From contig JAHWIG010000001.1 in the NCBI GenBank assembly GCA_019322735.1, positions 1-53,618 on the forward strand: 53,618 nt of DNA. Reading direction: 5' to 3'. The notes beneath the pieces are model-generated. The model was not told the DNA's origin. It saw only the letters and a program-made list of their open reading frames with translations, and did no database searches. Origin of the DNA: Candidatus Woesearchaeota archaeon (lineage in GTDB: Archaea > Nanobdellota > Nanobdellia > Woesearchaeales > BS150m-G63). The stretch's first letter is position 1. The number at the start of each line of letters is the position of its first letter. This document shows, one piece after another, positions 44,774 to 53,399 of this stretch. Position numbers and translations under genes: made by a program.

Positions 44774-45712
44774 ATGAAATATATTGCCCTAATAATCGTA
44801 TTATTGTTAACTTCCTGCACAAAAATCCCCCAAGAAATAAACTCACATCCGCAGGTATATTTCTGTCCAAGAGATAATTGCGCAATAATCTTAGAGGAAC
44901 TAATAAAAAACTCAAAAGACACCATACACTGCGCATTATATGATCTGGATTTAGATAATATTATAACATCATTAAAGAAAAAATCAAGTTACATAGATGT
45001 AAAAGTCATTTTAGAAGATACAACAATAGAAAAACACGATTTCATAAGATTTGATTATGACAAACAGCAGATGCACAATAAGTTCTGTATCTTTGATAAT
45101 AGAATAGTGTTGACTGGTTCATTTAACCCTACATTCAGAGGAAACACAAAGAATAATAATAATATCATAATAATACAGTCAAACTACATATCAAAAAACT
45201 ATGAAAAAGAATTCCAGGAAATATGGAACAAAAAAGAATCAAAAACGCCATACCCCCTAATCCATTTAAACAACAAAACAATAGAAACATTATTCTGCCC
45301 AGAAGATAACTGCAAAGAAAGAGTGATAGAAACAATCAATAACGCAAAAAGTTCTATTTACTTCATGTTATTCTATATGACAGATAGAGATATTGCAAAC
45401 ATAATAATAAAAAAACATCAGCAAGGAATCAAAATCAAAGGTATTCTAGAGAAAAGGAACAATAATAAATGGAGCCAGTTCAACTACTTAAACAACTCAA
45501 ATATAGACATAATTCTTGACAAAAACAATGCAAATCTCCACCACAAAGTATTCATAATAGACAACAAAACAGTAATAACTGGTTCTTATAATCCAACAAA
45601 GAATGGAAACTTACATAATGATGAAAATATATTAATCCTCCACAACAGAGAAATAGCTTCAAAATACCTTGAAGAATTTAATTATATCTATACTTACAAT
45701 GTAAGTATATAA
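44774..45712 (+). CDS. Phospholipase D-superfamily protein (two HKD motifs), lipobox signal
   Basis: HNKFCIFDNRIVLTGSFNPT and HHKVFIIDNKTVITGSYNPTKNG. The N-terminus LLLTSC is lipobox-like. Confidence 0.82.
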   Translation: MKYIALIIVLLLTSCTKIPQEINSHPQVYFCPRDNCAIILEELIKNSKDTIHCALYDLDLDNIITSLKKKSSYIDVKVILEDTTIEKHDFIRFDYDKQQMHNKFCIFDNRIVLTGSFNPTFRGNTKNNNNIIIIQSNYISKNYEKEFQEIWNKKESKTPYPLIHLNNKTIETLFCPEDNCKERVIETINNAKSSIYFMLFYMTDRDIANIIIKKHQQGIKIKGILEKRNNNKWSQFNYLNNSNIDIILDKNNANLHHKVFIIDNKTVITGSYNPTKNGNLHNDENILILHNREIASKYLEEFNYIYTYNVSI

Positions 45713-45754
45713 AAATCAAAAAGCATATAAACCGGACATTTTTCTCCAACTACT

Positions 45755-47008
45755 ATGGTTTATGAAATTAAAGATATAACTCTTGCAGAACAGGGACAAA
45801 AGAATATAGAATTTGCAGAATCCCAGATGAGTGCTCTGCTAAAAATAAAAGAGCGCTTTGAAAAAGAACTTCCATTAAAAGGAATAAAGATAGGCATGGC
45901 CCTTCATGTCACCAAAGAGACTGCTGTATTGGTAAAAACCTTGATAGCAGGCGGAGCAGAAGTTTCTATCTGCTCTTGTAATCCACTTTCAACACAGGAT
46001 GATGTAGCTGCAGCATTAGCAAAACAAGGGATTGATGTATTTGCATACAAAGGAGAATCAACAGAAGATTATTATAAATTTCTAAAGGCTGTAGTAAAAT
46101 TCAAACCCCAAATAACAATAGATGATGGATGTGATTTAGTAACAGAGATACACAAGAACAAACCAGAACTGATAAAAGATATAATTGGCGGAGCAGAGGA
46201 AACTACAACAGGGATAATAAGATTAAAGGCCATGGAAAAAGACAAAGCATTGAAATATCCAATTATAGCTGTAAATGACAATAAGACAAAACACCTTCTA
46301 GATAATTTCTATGGAACTGGACAGAGCGCAATAGATGGAATAATACGGGGAACAAACATACTCTTTGCTGGAAAGAATGTTGTTGTATCTGGCTACGGAG
46401 ACTGCGGAAAAGGTGTTAGCCTAAGAGCTAAAGGCCTAGGATCTAATATCATTGTAACAGAAGTAAATCCATTTAGGGCACTTCAAGCAAAATTAGACGG
46501 CTTTCGTGTAATGCCAATGAAAGATGCTGCAAAGATTGGAGATATCTTCATAACAGTAACAGGAAACAAACACATCATAAAGACCGAACACATGAAAGTG
46601 ATGAAAAACAATGCAATTATTGCAAATGCGGGTCATTTTGATATAGAAATTGACTATAAAGGTCTTGAGGAAATGGCAAAAAATAAGAAAGAAATAAGGC
46701 CACTTGTCGAAGAATTTACCTTAAACAATGAAAATAAGATAATCATACTTGCACAGGGAAGATTAGTTAATTTAGCAATTGCAGAAGGCCATCCAAGTGA
46801 AGTCATGTCAACATCATTCTGTGGCCAAGCACTTGCATGTGAATACTTAGCAAAAAACAAAGGCAAATTAAAACCAAAAGTCATAAAATTACCAAAAGAG
46901 ATTGACAACACAATATCACAGCTTCAGTTAGAAGCTCTTAATGTAAAAATAGATTCTTTAAGTAAAGAACAGATAAAATATCTAGAAAGCTGGGAAGAAG
47001 GGACTTAA
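45755..47008 (+). CDS. ahcY: S-adenosyl-L-homocysteine hydrolase
   Basis: Typical AhcY sequence throughout, including the NAD motif VVVSGYGDCGKG, EVNPFRALQA and GHFDIEID. Length 417 aa. Confidence 0.92.
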   Translation: MVYEIKDITLAEQGQKNIEFAESQMSALLKIKERFEKELPLKGIKIGMALHVTKETAVLVKTLIAGGAEVSICSCNPLSTQDDVAAALAKQGIDVFAYKGESTEDYYKFLKAVVKFKPQITIDDGCDLVTEIHKNKPELIKDIIGGAEETTTGIIRLKAMEKDKALKYPIIAVNDNKTKHLLDNFYGTGQSAIDGIIRGTNILFAGKNVVVSGYGDCGKGVSLRAKGLGSNIIVTEVNPFRALQAKLDGFRVMPMKDAAKIGDIFITVTGNKHIIKTEHMKVMKNNAIIANAGHFDIEIDYKGLEEMAKNKKEIRPLVEEFTLNNENKIIILAQGRLVNLAIAEGHPSEVMSTSFCGQALACEYLAKNKGKLKPKVIKLPKEIDNTISQLQLEALNVKIDSLSKEQIKYLESWEEGT

Positions 47009-47697
47009 TCTTTTTTTTCCTCTTGCTTCTCTTCAGTTTTTTCTTCTTTATCAATACCAAGCTCTTCCTTTACTTCTTCTTCAGAAGGGGTATCCACTTT
47101 ATCCTTGACATACTTCTTAACAAGATCCTTATATTCAATAAATTCCTTGCTCGCCTTAATATCCTTAAATGCCTTGCTCGGGATCTTCTGCAATAATCCA
47201 ACAGAAAAATCAATTAGTGTCCTTACATCATTAACGGTTGCCTGACTCTTAAGCTCTGCCACTTCCATATCATCTTCTAAATCTTCCGTCTTACTCTTTT
47301 TTAATAGATTCATGAATCGTAATTTTCCTAACAATCTATGCAATTTACCAACCCTATTTCTTTCTTCTTTCTCAATCTTTTCTATTTCCTCAATATCCTC
47401 TTCCAATTCATCTAAATCTTGTCCTTCCTTAACAGAAATCTCAATATTCTCTTGCTCTTCTTCTTCTGATTCTTCTGCAAGAGACCCTTTTGGTTTAAAT
47501 ACATCCAACAGTTTTGATATAAACCCCGGTTCTTCTTCAACAATAACAGATTCAGTATCTTTAAATTCCACATCCTTGAACTTTCTTTGCTTTCTACCAA
47601 AATTTAATACATCAGAAAGAGATATTGTTGGGCCTTCTTTCTTTCTTACCTTTCCTAGATAACTATCTAAGTTTCTGTTAAAATCTTTTTGGTCCAT
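47005..47697 (-). CDS. Acidic Glu/Lys-rich hypothetical protein
   Basis: 230-aa ORF with partly low-complexity acidic runs and no motif. Confidence 0.45.
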   Translation of the reverse strand: MDQKDFNRNLDSYLGKVRKKEGPTISLSDVLNFGRKQRKFKDVEFKDTESVIVEEEPGFISKLLDVFKPKGSLAEESEEEEQENIEISVKEGQDLDELEEDIEEIEKIEKEERNRVGKLHRLLGKLRFMNLLKKSKTEDLEDDMEVAELKSQATVNDVRTLIDFSVGLLQKIPSKAFKDIKASKEFIEYKDLVKKYVKDKVDTPSEEEVKEELGIDKEEKTEEKQEEKKD

Positions 47698-47850
47698 CTT
47701 TACTTTTATGGTGATAAAGGTATATATATGTCTTTCGTTTTTTTCTTAATACCTATAAATACATCTTTTTCCATAAGAAATAAATGTTATCCAAAACCAA
47801 CCAAAAACTTCCTATAACGAACAACCACAGTGGTGCACCAAATATTTCAT

Positions 47851-47865
47851 TTTCTCGACGAGAAA
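47851..47865. promoter_or_regulatory. Perfect 7+1+7 palindrome TTTCTCGaCGAGAAA
   Basis: Read directly from the sequence. A GTCTCA motif follows immediately. Confidence 0.5.
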
Positions 47866-47994
47866 GTCTCAAAGAAATATCAAAAAAGTCTTATTTTTGT
47901 CTCAAAAGTTCCATAGGAAGTAAAGGGGTGTCCTCGATGAGTTTACAAAAGAAACAAGGGGGTGTCTCAAAATAGCCTCATTATAAAATATAAT

Positions 47995-48011
47995 CTGTCT
48001 CAATGAGACAG
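47995..48011. promoter_or_regulatory. Perfect 8+1+8 palindrome CTGTCTCAaTGAGACAG abutting a TATA box (TTTAAATA 48019..48026)
   Basis: Read directly from the sequence. The TATA box ends 24 nt before the ATG at 48050. Confidence 0.55.
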
Positions 48012-48049
48012 AAAATTATTTAAATAAAACAATATTTATATTAACAACA

Positions 48050-48475
48050 ATGGGGGAAGATATTGACCAATTAAAACAAGGACTTAGAAACAGCTTTAGT
48101 AATATAAAAGAAGATATTACATCAAATACAACCAAGATTAAAGAACTTGTAGATCAAAATAAAGAATTAAAAGATACAATAAATGAACTAAAAAGAACAA
48201 TCAAAGATATTACAAACAATCAAAGCAAGGATCTTCTAAAGGAAGACATGCTAACAAAGATTAAACGAAACAGAAAAGAGATAGTAAAGGCAAAGATTCT
48301 AGAGCTTGTTCAGACAGAACGTTATTCTATACCGGAAATAAAAGATATAGTCGTAGACAGGGATAATTATTGCTCTAAAGCCACATTCTATAGATACATC
48401 TCAGATATAAAAAACATGATAGAAGAGATAAAGATTGGAGATAAACAAATAGCAGTACCAATTAAAATAAATTAG
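48050..48475 (+). CDS. Small coiled-coil protein with possible C-terminal HTH
   Basis: 141 aa. N-terminal coiled coil, then a C-terminal stretch ...ILELVQTERYSIPEIKDIVVDRDNYCSKATFYRYISDIK that looks HTH-like. The assignment is weak. Confidence 0.45.
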   Translation: MGEDIDQLKQGLRNSFSNIKEDITSNTTKIKELVDQNKELKDTINELKRTIKDITNNQSKDLLKEDMLTKIKRNRKEIVKAKILELVQTERYSIPEIKDIVVDRDNYCSKATFYRYISDIKNMIEEIKIGDKQIAVPIKIN

Positions 48476-51400
48476 TATCTTCTTTTTCTTAAATTTATAA
48501 CTACTAAAGTGATTATGATAATAATAATAAATCCTATTCCAAACCATAATCCTTTACCTATTCCGGAAATTGCCTCCAAAAATAAAGATTCATCACAATC
48601 CTCAGGGCAATTGTCCTTATTCTCATCTTCTTCACAAACTTCATTACCGCAAACAGCTATTTCGGTTTCAGCTTCATCTGCTTCAGCCTCTGCTTCTTCT
48701 TCAACATCAGCTGTTGAAGAAATAGTAAAACTCCAACTATAACTACTAGTTGCCGTATTTCCTGCAGTATCCTTACACAGTGCATATACAGTATATTCCC
48801 CATCATTTAAAGAATCACTGAACTCATAACTATGACTGGTCTCAGTTCCACCAAATGCATAATCTAATGATCCATATACCTTGCTACTAAAATCAAACTT
48901 ACATGTTGCATCTTCATCTGAGGTTACACTTAAGCTTGGAGTATTATCATCAATAGTTCCAGTTGGTGATCCATCACTTGCAGTAGGTGCAATAGTATCT
49001 GTTGTTGTTGTTCCAGCACTACTTCCTTCTCCTTCTCCTTCTCCTTCTCCTTCTCCTTCTCCTTCTCCTTCTCCACCATCAGAAGTAGTTGTTAATTTAT
49101 AAGTAGAATAACCAAGAGTTGTTGGAATATTACATGTAACAGAACTACTTGTAGTAATACAATTCATATAACTAGTAACATCAGTACAATTATTTCCATT
49201 AATATCACAATGTTCAACAGTTGAACTATCTCCACCCGTATTCCAAGTTATCTGTGTAGAATCCGGAGTTAATTTAGACACAAGATTATTCCAAGTATCA
49301 CTCTCCATACCAACCAGATCATTTGTTGAGTCACAAACAATATCACTTAAATCAATATTTTGTGTACCCTTCACATCAACATCAACAAACTTCAAAGAAT
49401 ATCCAGAACTTGAACAATTTATTGTCAGATTCTGATGCATAGAAACACTTGTATTCATACTCTGGGCATAGCTTCCTACATCAAAAATGCCAAAATCAAC
49501 ACTAAATCCTGATGGGGCTGTAGCACCAAAATAAAAGTTCTCAACCTCTTTTGCTGTAGTAAAATTAGAACACTTACTATAAGCACAATTTGCACTTGGA
49601 TCACATGTAATATATTTATAATAATAAGTAGTTCCATTAGTTAATCCATTAATATCAACTCCGTGGAATGGCTTGTAATCATCATAACCACACCAAGTTT
49701 CACTACATTCTTCACCAACATCAACATATGAATTATTTAATTGCATACAATCACTATCATTATAATAAAATTCAACAGTTAAATTTGCGGGTTCATTAGT
49801 ATCTGCAATTATAAATGCCCCATCATAAAACTCATCTACAGTATGGAATGTTACAGATGGACTTGTCTTATCATTAACATCTACTTCAAAGTTAAATCCT
49901 GAACTTACACCAGAAGTCAAAGGATTATATTTACAATCAGAATCATCCTCATCAGTATCTCCATCCCCATCATTGTCTTTATTATCTGTACAATCATATT
50001 CAAATGGCTGATAACCGAACTGTTTAATGTATTTACAATCAGGATCTTGATCAGGGGTTAATCCATCACCATCCATATCTTTAAATCCAAAACAATCTTC
50101 CATCACAAAATCAATAGAACCAGGTGAATAATAATATGGTCCCGCTTCATCAGTTACATTAGTCTCATTATATCCATCACCAATAGTGGCAACAAGTATT
50201 CTAAGATTATCACTAGAAATCTCAAAATTGGATTTCTTTAATACTAAAATATTAAGGCCAGTAAATGTTGGGGTACATGTATCTCCTAGGAAAGACATAC
50301 CAGCAGGCCCACAATCAGTCATCTCACAAGCATCATCCACAGTAGATAATGTTACTCCCTGCATCAAAGTCCAATTGCCCTGAATACAACGATATGCAAA
50401 AGTCTGCGTTACATTATCAGTACTATTACTTGTAGCTTTCAAAAATAATTTATAATCATAACCAGTATAATTTGCACCACTACCAAAGGTTGCATTACAT
50501 CCACCGGATGAATTACCATCACTATCTAAATATCTTATGTATGTTCCATTTGCTGTTCCGCCAAACTTACTGCAAACAGCAGAGGCAGTTGCATTTGCTA
50601 AGGCAAATCCAATATCCATATTCTCTCCATAAGGATCATCATGTATACCCACATCTAAAATTTCAAGATGGTCATCCACATTATCATCGGCATCAATGCC
50701 CATAATAACTGGTGGTGACTCTAAATCCATACCACCCATCATATGTTGATCAAACAAGGGGTCACACCATTCTTGGCCCCCCATACTATCATGATAAAAG
50801 CAAAGTTGAGTATTATTAAGATGATTAGGTAAATCATCAACTCCGCGATGAGATTCATTATATGCAAGAGTCCCATTAATTATTATTGCCTCACAAGCAG
50901 ATTGATTAGTATTATCAAAATCCATACAAACCTCATGTATAATATTCTCTGGAATAAATAACCCACCCCCTCCTCCACCCATGGAACCACCACCCAGATC
51001 ACCCATACCAAATCCACACATAGGGTCATTACTACATTCAGAATCAGAACAATCTGCTAATCCATCTTCATCTTCATCTCCTGGTATAAAACATATCTCT
51101 GGGGAAGTTCCATTCTGTAAACATAAATACATGGGACTATCAGTAAAAGGATCAGTTACATAAGTTCCATTCCAATGGCAACCAGTACCATTACCTAAGA
51201 TACCACATTGAGGTTCATCCCAAGCAGCTAAACAATTCTTATTAGGGTCTTTTAAATCAGCAATAGCAGCTGGATCACACCAACCCCAATCAGTATTATA
51301 ACTATCATTTACCCAACTACAATTGGCAGCGCTAGTAGAGCACATGTTTTCTTCAAAACAATCAAAACAACTCCCTTCACAGTTTCCCCCTCCAAAAAAC

Positions 51401-53325
51401 ATCATTTCCATAGGAAAATCACACCATCCATAATCATTGAATGCATATTGATCTGCATGCCACTCACAATTTCCACTTGCAGCATTTGAACTGTCACATG
51501 CAGATTCTGCAGTAGAAACATCTGCCCAATCAGTTCCATCTGATTTAAATTCACAAGCCCAACAAGAATCATCACAATCCTCTGTTCCTTGACCAAAATT
51601 AAATTCACACCAGCAATCTTGATTACCAGATCCATCTATAGTCATACAATTCCAAGATCCGCCACCAAATACACAGCTATTAGAGTCTTCAAAACCACCA
51701 AAGTCAAAATCTCCACTTTTATCATCACCAAATCCCCCGCCACCATAAAAATCAGTACCACATTCATCATTTCCAGTTAAATTGAAAGCACAAGGTAAAA
51801 AATAATCTTGCTTTAAAGTATCGCACGTAGTTTTATTATCACCAGCATCTTCACAGGTACTAATATTTATTCCACCAATACTAATTTCATTATAATTTAA
51901 ATTACAACTAGAAACACCTTGTGAACAATAACTTCCATTAATTTCATTAGTACTATTCCAACTACATCCAGGCAATGCACCACAATCACAAGTATTCTTT
52001 AGTCTTATATCTGAGCATTCCATTGCGTCACTAGCTGCATCAGTACCTGCTGCAGAAGGATCATGCCCTTCACACCAACCAACTTGCTTATTTTCACAAA
52101 AACTTCCTGAACTGGATAAAGTATTCGTAGAATTACAATATAAACACCCAGTAATATTTCCACAAACATTAGGATTATTATCTGCAAACCAACACCTTAC
52201 ATCATCAGCATAATCAAACATTCCTTCTCCATACTCATACATCTCACAACCACCAGTTGAATTCCAAAAACCACCAGAACTGATACAAGAATCTGCATCA
52301 TTATATCCACTATAACCGGCATTACTGCAAGTATTAGTAGAATTATCCCAAAAACAGGATTGTCCCTGAGAAATTAAATCATTGCATTCATTACCATTAA
52401 TTGATTCCTGACATTGCTTCATAATACAACAACCATCAGAATCAGGACAAGAACTACCTGTATCCCACTGACATAATCCATCAATAAATGTAGAATCCTG
52501 ACAATAAGTGGCATTAGTTCCTGCTCTTGATCCACAATCAAGTTGAGTACAACAACCAATATTAGTAAGATCAGTTATTCCCCATGCCCATTCATAATTA
52601 TTTATATTTACATCACACCAATTATATTGATTCCCTATATTATTTGCCCAAGTACAATCTAAAGTTGAACTGGTACATGCACTATAATCTGCAGTATAGT
52701 CTTCACAATATGGTTGATTACAACATCCATCAGGATCGTAACACCAAGTATTATTCTCTGTAGGTAACCAAGTACAATTATTTGATTCACAAGAATCTTT
52801 ATCACCATCAAAATCCCAGCAAAGTTCTCCTTCTTCTCCCCCTACTGTAATATTACCAATCATATCTAAAGGATGCGTTTCACACCTATATTGACCAAAA
52901 GAATTATCATCATGAAACTGATCTAAAAAATAATGTGTAGCAGTAAACGCTATAATCTGTCCATTATCTGTCCAATTAATCTCAGAATTTCCTTCTAATG
53001 TTCCATTTATTGCAGAACCTTGAGCCAAAAGAACAGTAGTATTTGTCCCATTATTTGAAACAATTTGGAATGGGTGAGTTGTATTAACAGTATTATCAAT
53101 ATAATAACGAAGACCAATGATAAATGTAATTGAAGGGTCAAGATTACCTACATTTGCACCAAGTTCATTATAAGGATCATATTTAGCTGTAATATTATAA
53201 TTATCATCTCCGTCTGCAGCCAAAGTAAAATTGATAAACTCATCATGATCTGTAGCATAAACTTGAGAGTGAAAAATAGAAAAGATTAAACCAAATATTA
53301 ATAGTAATATTATTCCCCTTTTCAA
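48472..53325 (-). CDS. Giant (1617 aa) Cys-rich, N-glycosylation-sequon-rich surface protein: signal peptide, cupredoxin-like N-domain, about 10 C..CxW..C repeats, Asp-rich Ca-binding-like repeats, (GE)n linker, C-terminal TM anchor
   Basis: Signal peptide MKRGIILLLIFGLIFSIFHSQVYA. C-terminus CGNEVCEEDENKDNCPEDC, then a hydrophobic helix and RKRRY. The domain patterns were read from the translation. Confidence 0.8.
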   Translation of the reverse strand: MKRGIILLLIFGLIFSIFHSQVYATDHDEFINFTLAADGDDNYNITAKYDPYNELGANVGNLDPSITFIIGLRYYIDNTVNTTHPFQIVSNNGTNTTVLLAQGSAINGTLEGNSEINWTDNGQIIAFTATHYFLDQFHDDNSFGQYRCETHPLDMIGNITVGGEEGELCWDFDGDKDSCESNNCTWLPTENNTWCYDPDGCCNQPYCEDYTADYSACTSSTLDCTWANNIGNQYNWCDVNINNYEWAWGITDLTNIGCCTQLDCGSRAGTNATYCQDSTFIDGLCQWDTGSSCPDSDGCCIMKQCQESINGNECNDLISQGQSCFWDNSTNTCSNAGYSGYNDADSCISSGGFWNSTGGCEMYEYGEGMFDYADDVRCWFADNNPNVCGNITGCLYCNSTNTLSSSGSFCENKQVGWCEGHDPSAAGTDAASDAMECSDIRLKNTCDCGALPGCSWNSTNEINGSYCSQGVSSCNLNYNEISIGGINISTCEDAGDNKTTCDTLKQDYFLPCAFNLTGNDECGTDFYGGGGFGDDKSGDFDFGGFEDSNSCVFGGGSWNCMTIDGSGNQDCWCEFNFGQGTEDCDDSCWACEFKSDGTDWADVSTAESACDSSNAASGNCEWHADQYAFNDYGWCDFPMEMMFFGGGNCEGSCFDCFEENMCSTSAANCSWVNDSYNTDWGWCDPAAIADLKDPNKNCLAAWDEPQCGILGNGTGCHWNGTYVTDPFTDSPMYLCLQNGTSPEICFIPGDEDEDGLADCSDSECSNDPMCGFGMGDLGGGSMGGGGGGLFIPENIIHEVCMDFDNTNQSACEAIIINGTLAYNESHRGVDDLPNHLNNTQLCFYHDSMGGQEWCDPLFDQHMMGGMDLESPPVIMGIDADDNVDDHLEILDVGIHDDPYGENMDIGFALANATASAVCSKFGGTANGTYIRYLDSDGNSSGGCNATFGSGANYTGYDYKLFLKATSNSTDNVTQTFAYRCIQGNWTLMQGVTLSTVDDACEMTDCGPAGMSFLGDTCTPTFTGLNILVLKKSNFEISSDNLRILVATIGDGYNETNVTDEAGPYYYSPGSIDFVMEDCFGFKDMDGDGLTPDQDPDCKYIKQFGYQPFEYDCTDNKDNDGDGDTDEDDSDCKYNPLTSGVSSGFNFEVDVNDKTSPSVTFHTVDEFYDGAFIIADTNEPANLTVEFYYNDSDCMQLNNSYVDVGEECSETWCGYDDYKPFHGVDINGLTNGTTYYYKYITCDPSANCAYSKCSNFTTAKEVENFYFGATAPSGFSVDFGIFDVGSYAQSMNTSVSMHQNLTINCSSSGYSLKFVDVDVKGTQNIDLSDIVCDSTNDLVGMESDTWNNLVSKLTPDSTQITWNTGGDSSTVEHCDINGNNCTDVTSYMNCITTSSSVTCNIPTTLGYSTYKLTTTSDGGEGEGEGEGEGEGEGEGSSAGTTTTDTIAPTASDGSPTGTIDDNTPSLSVTSDEDATCKFDFSSKVYGSLDYAFGGTETSHSYEFSDSLNDGEYTVYALCKDTAGNTATSSYSWSFTISSTADVEEEAEAEADEAETEIAVCGNEVCEEDENKDNCPEDCDESLFLEAISGIGKGLWFGIGFIIIIIITLVVINLRKRRY
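49025..49074. repeat. Perfect hexanucleotide microsatellite (CCTTCT)x8 encoding (GE)n in the giant protein
   Basis: Eight uninterrupted CCTTCT units were counted at 49025..49072, followed by CC. Confidence 0.9.
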
Positions 53326-53399
53326 AAAACACCACCAGATTTATTTAATAAAATATTTAAAAACAAACTATTATATAAATGTTATGTCAAAAAAATAAT

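Noticed and set aside
47784-47975. 63-aa ORF in the long intergenic region.
   Set aside because: It is built largely from the GTCTCA/GGGGTGTC repeat cluster. It has no SD or TATA at a suitable distance and an odd composition, so the region is more likely regulatory DNA. I cannot exclude a real gene without expression data.
47866-48011. Repeated GTCTCA-containing units, considered as a possible mini-CRISPR array.
   Set aside because: The units are only 6-12 nt long, irregularly spaced and partly inverted. There are no 25-40-nt direct repeats with unique spacers and no cas genes anywhere in the window.
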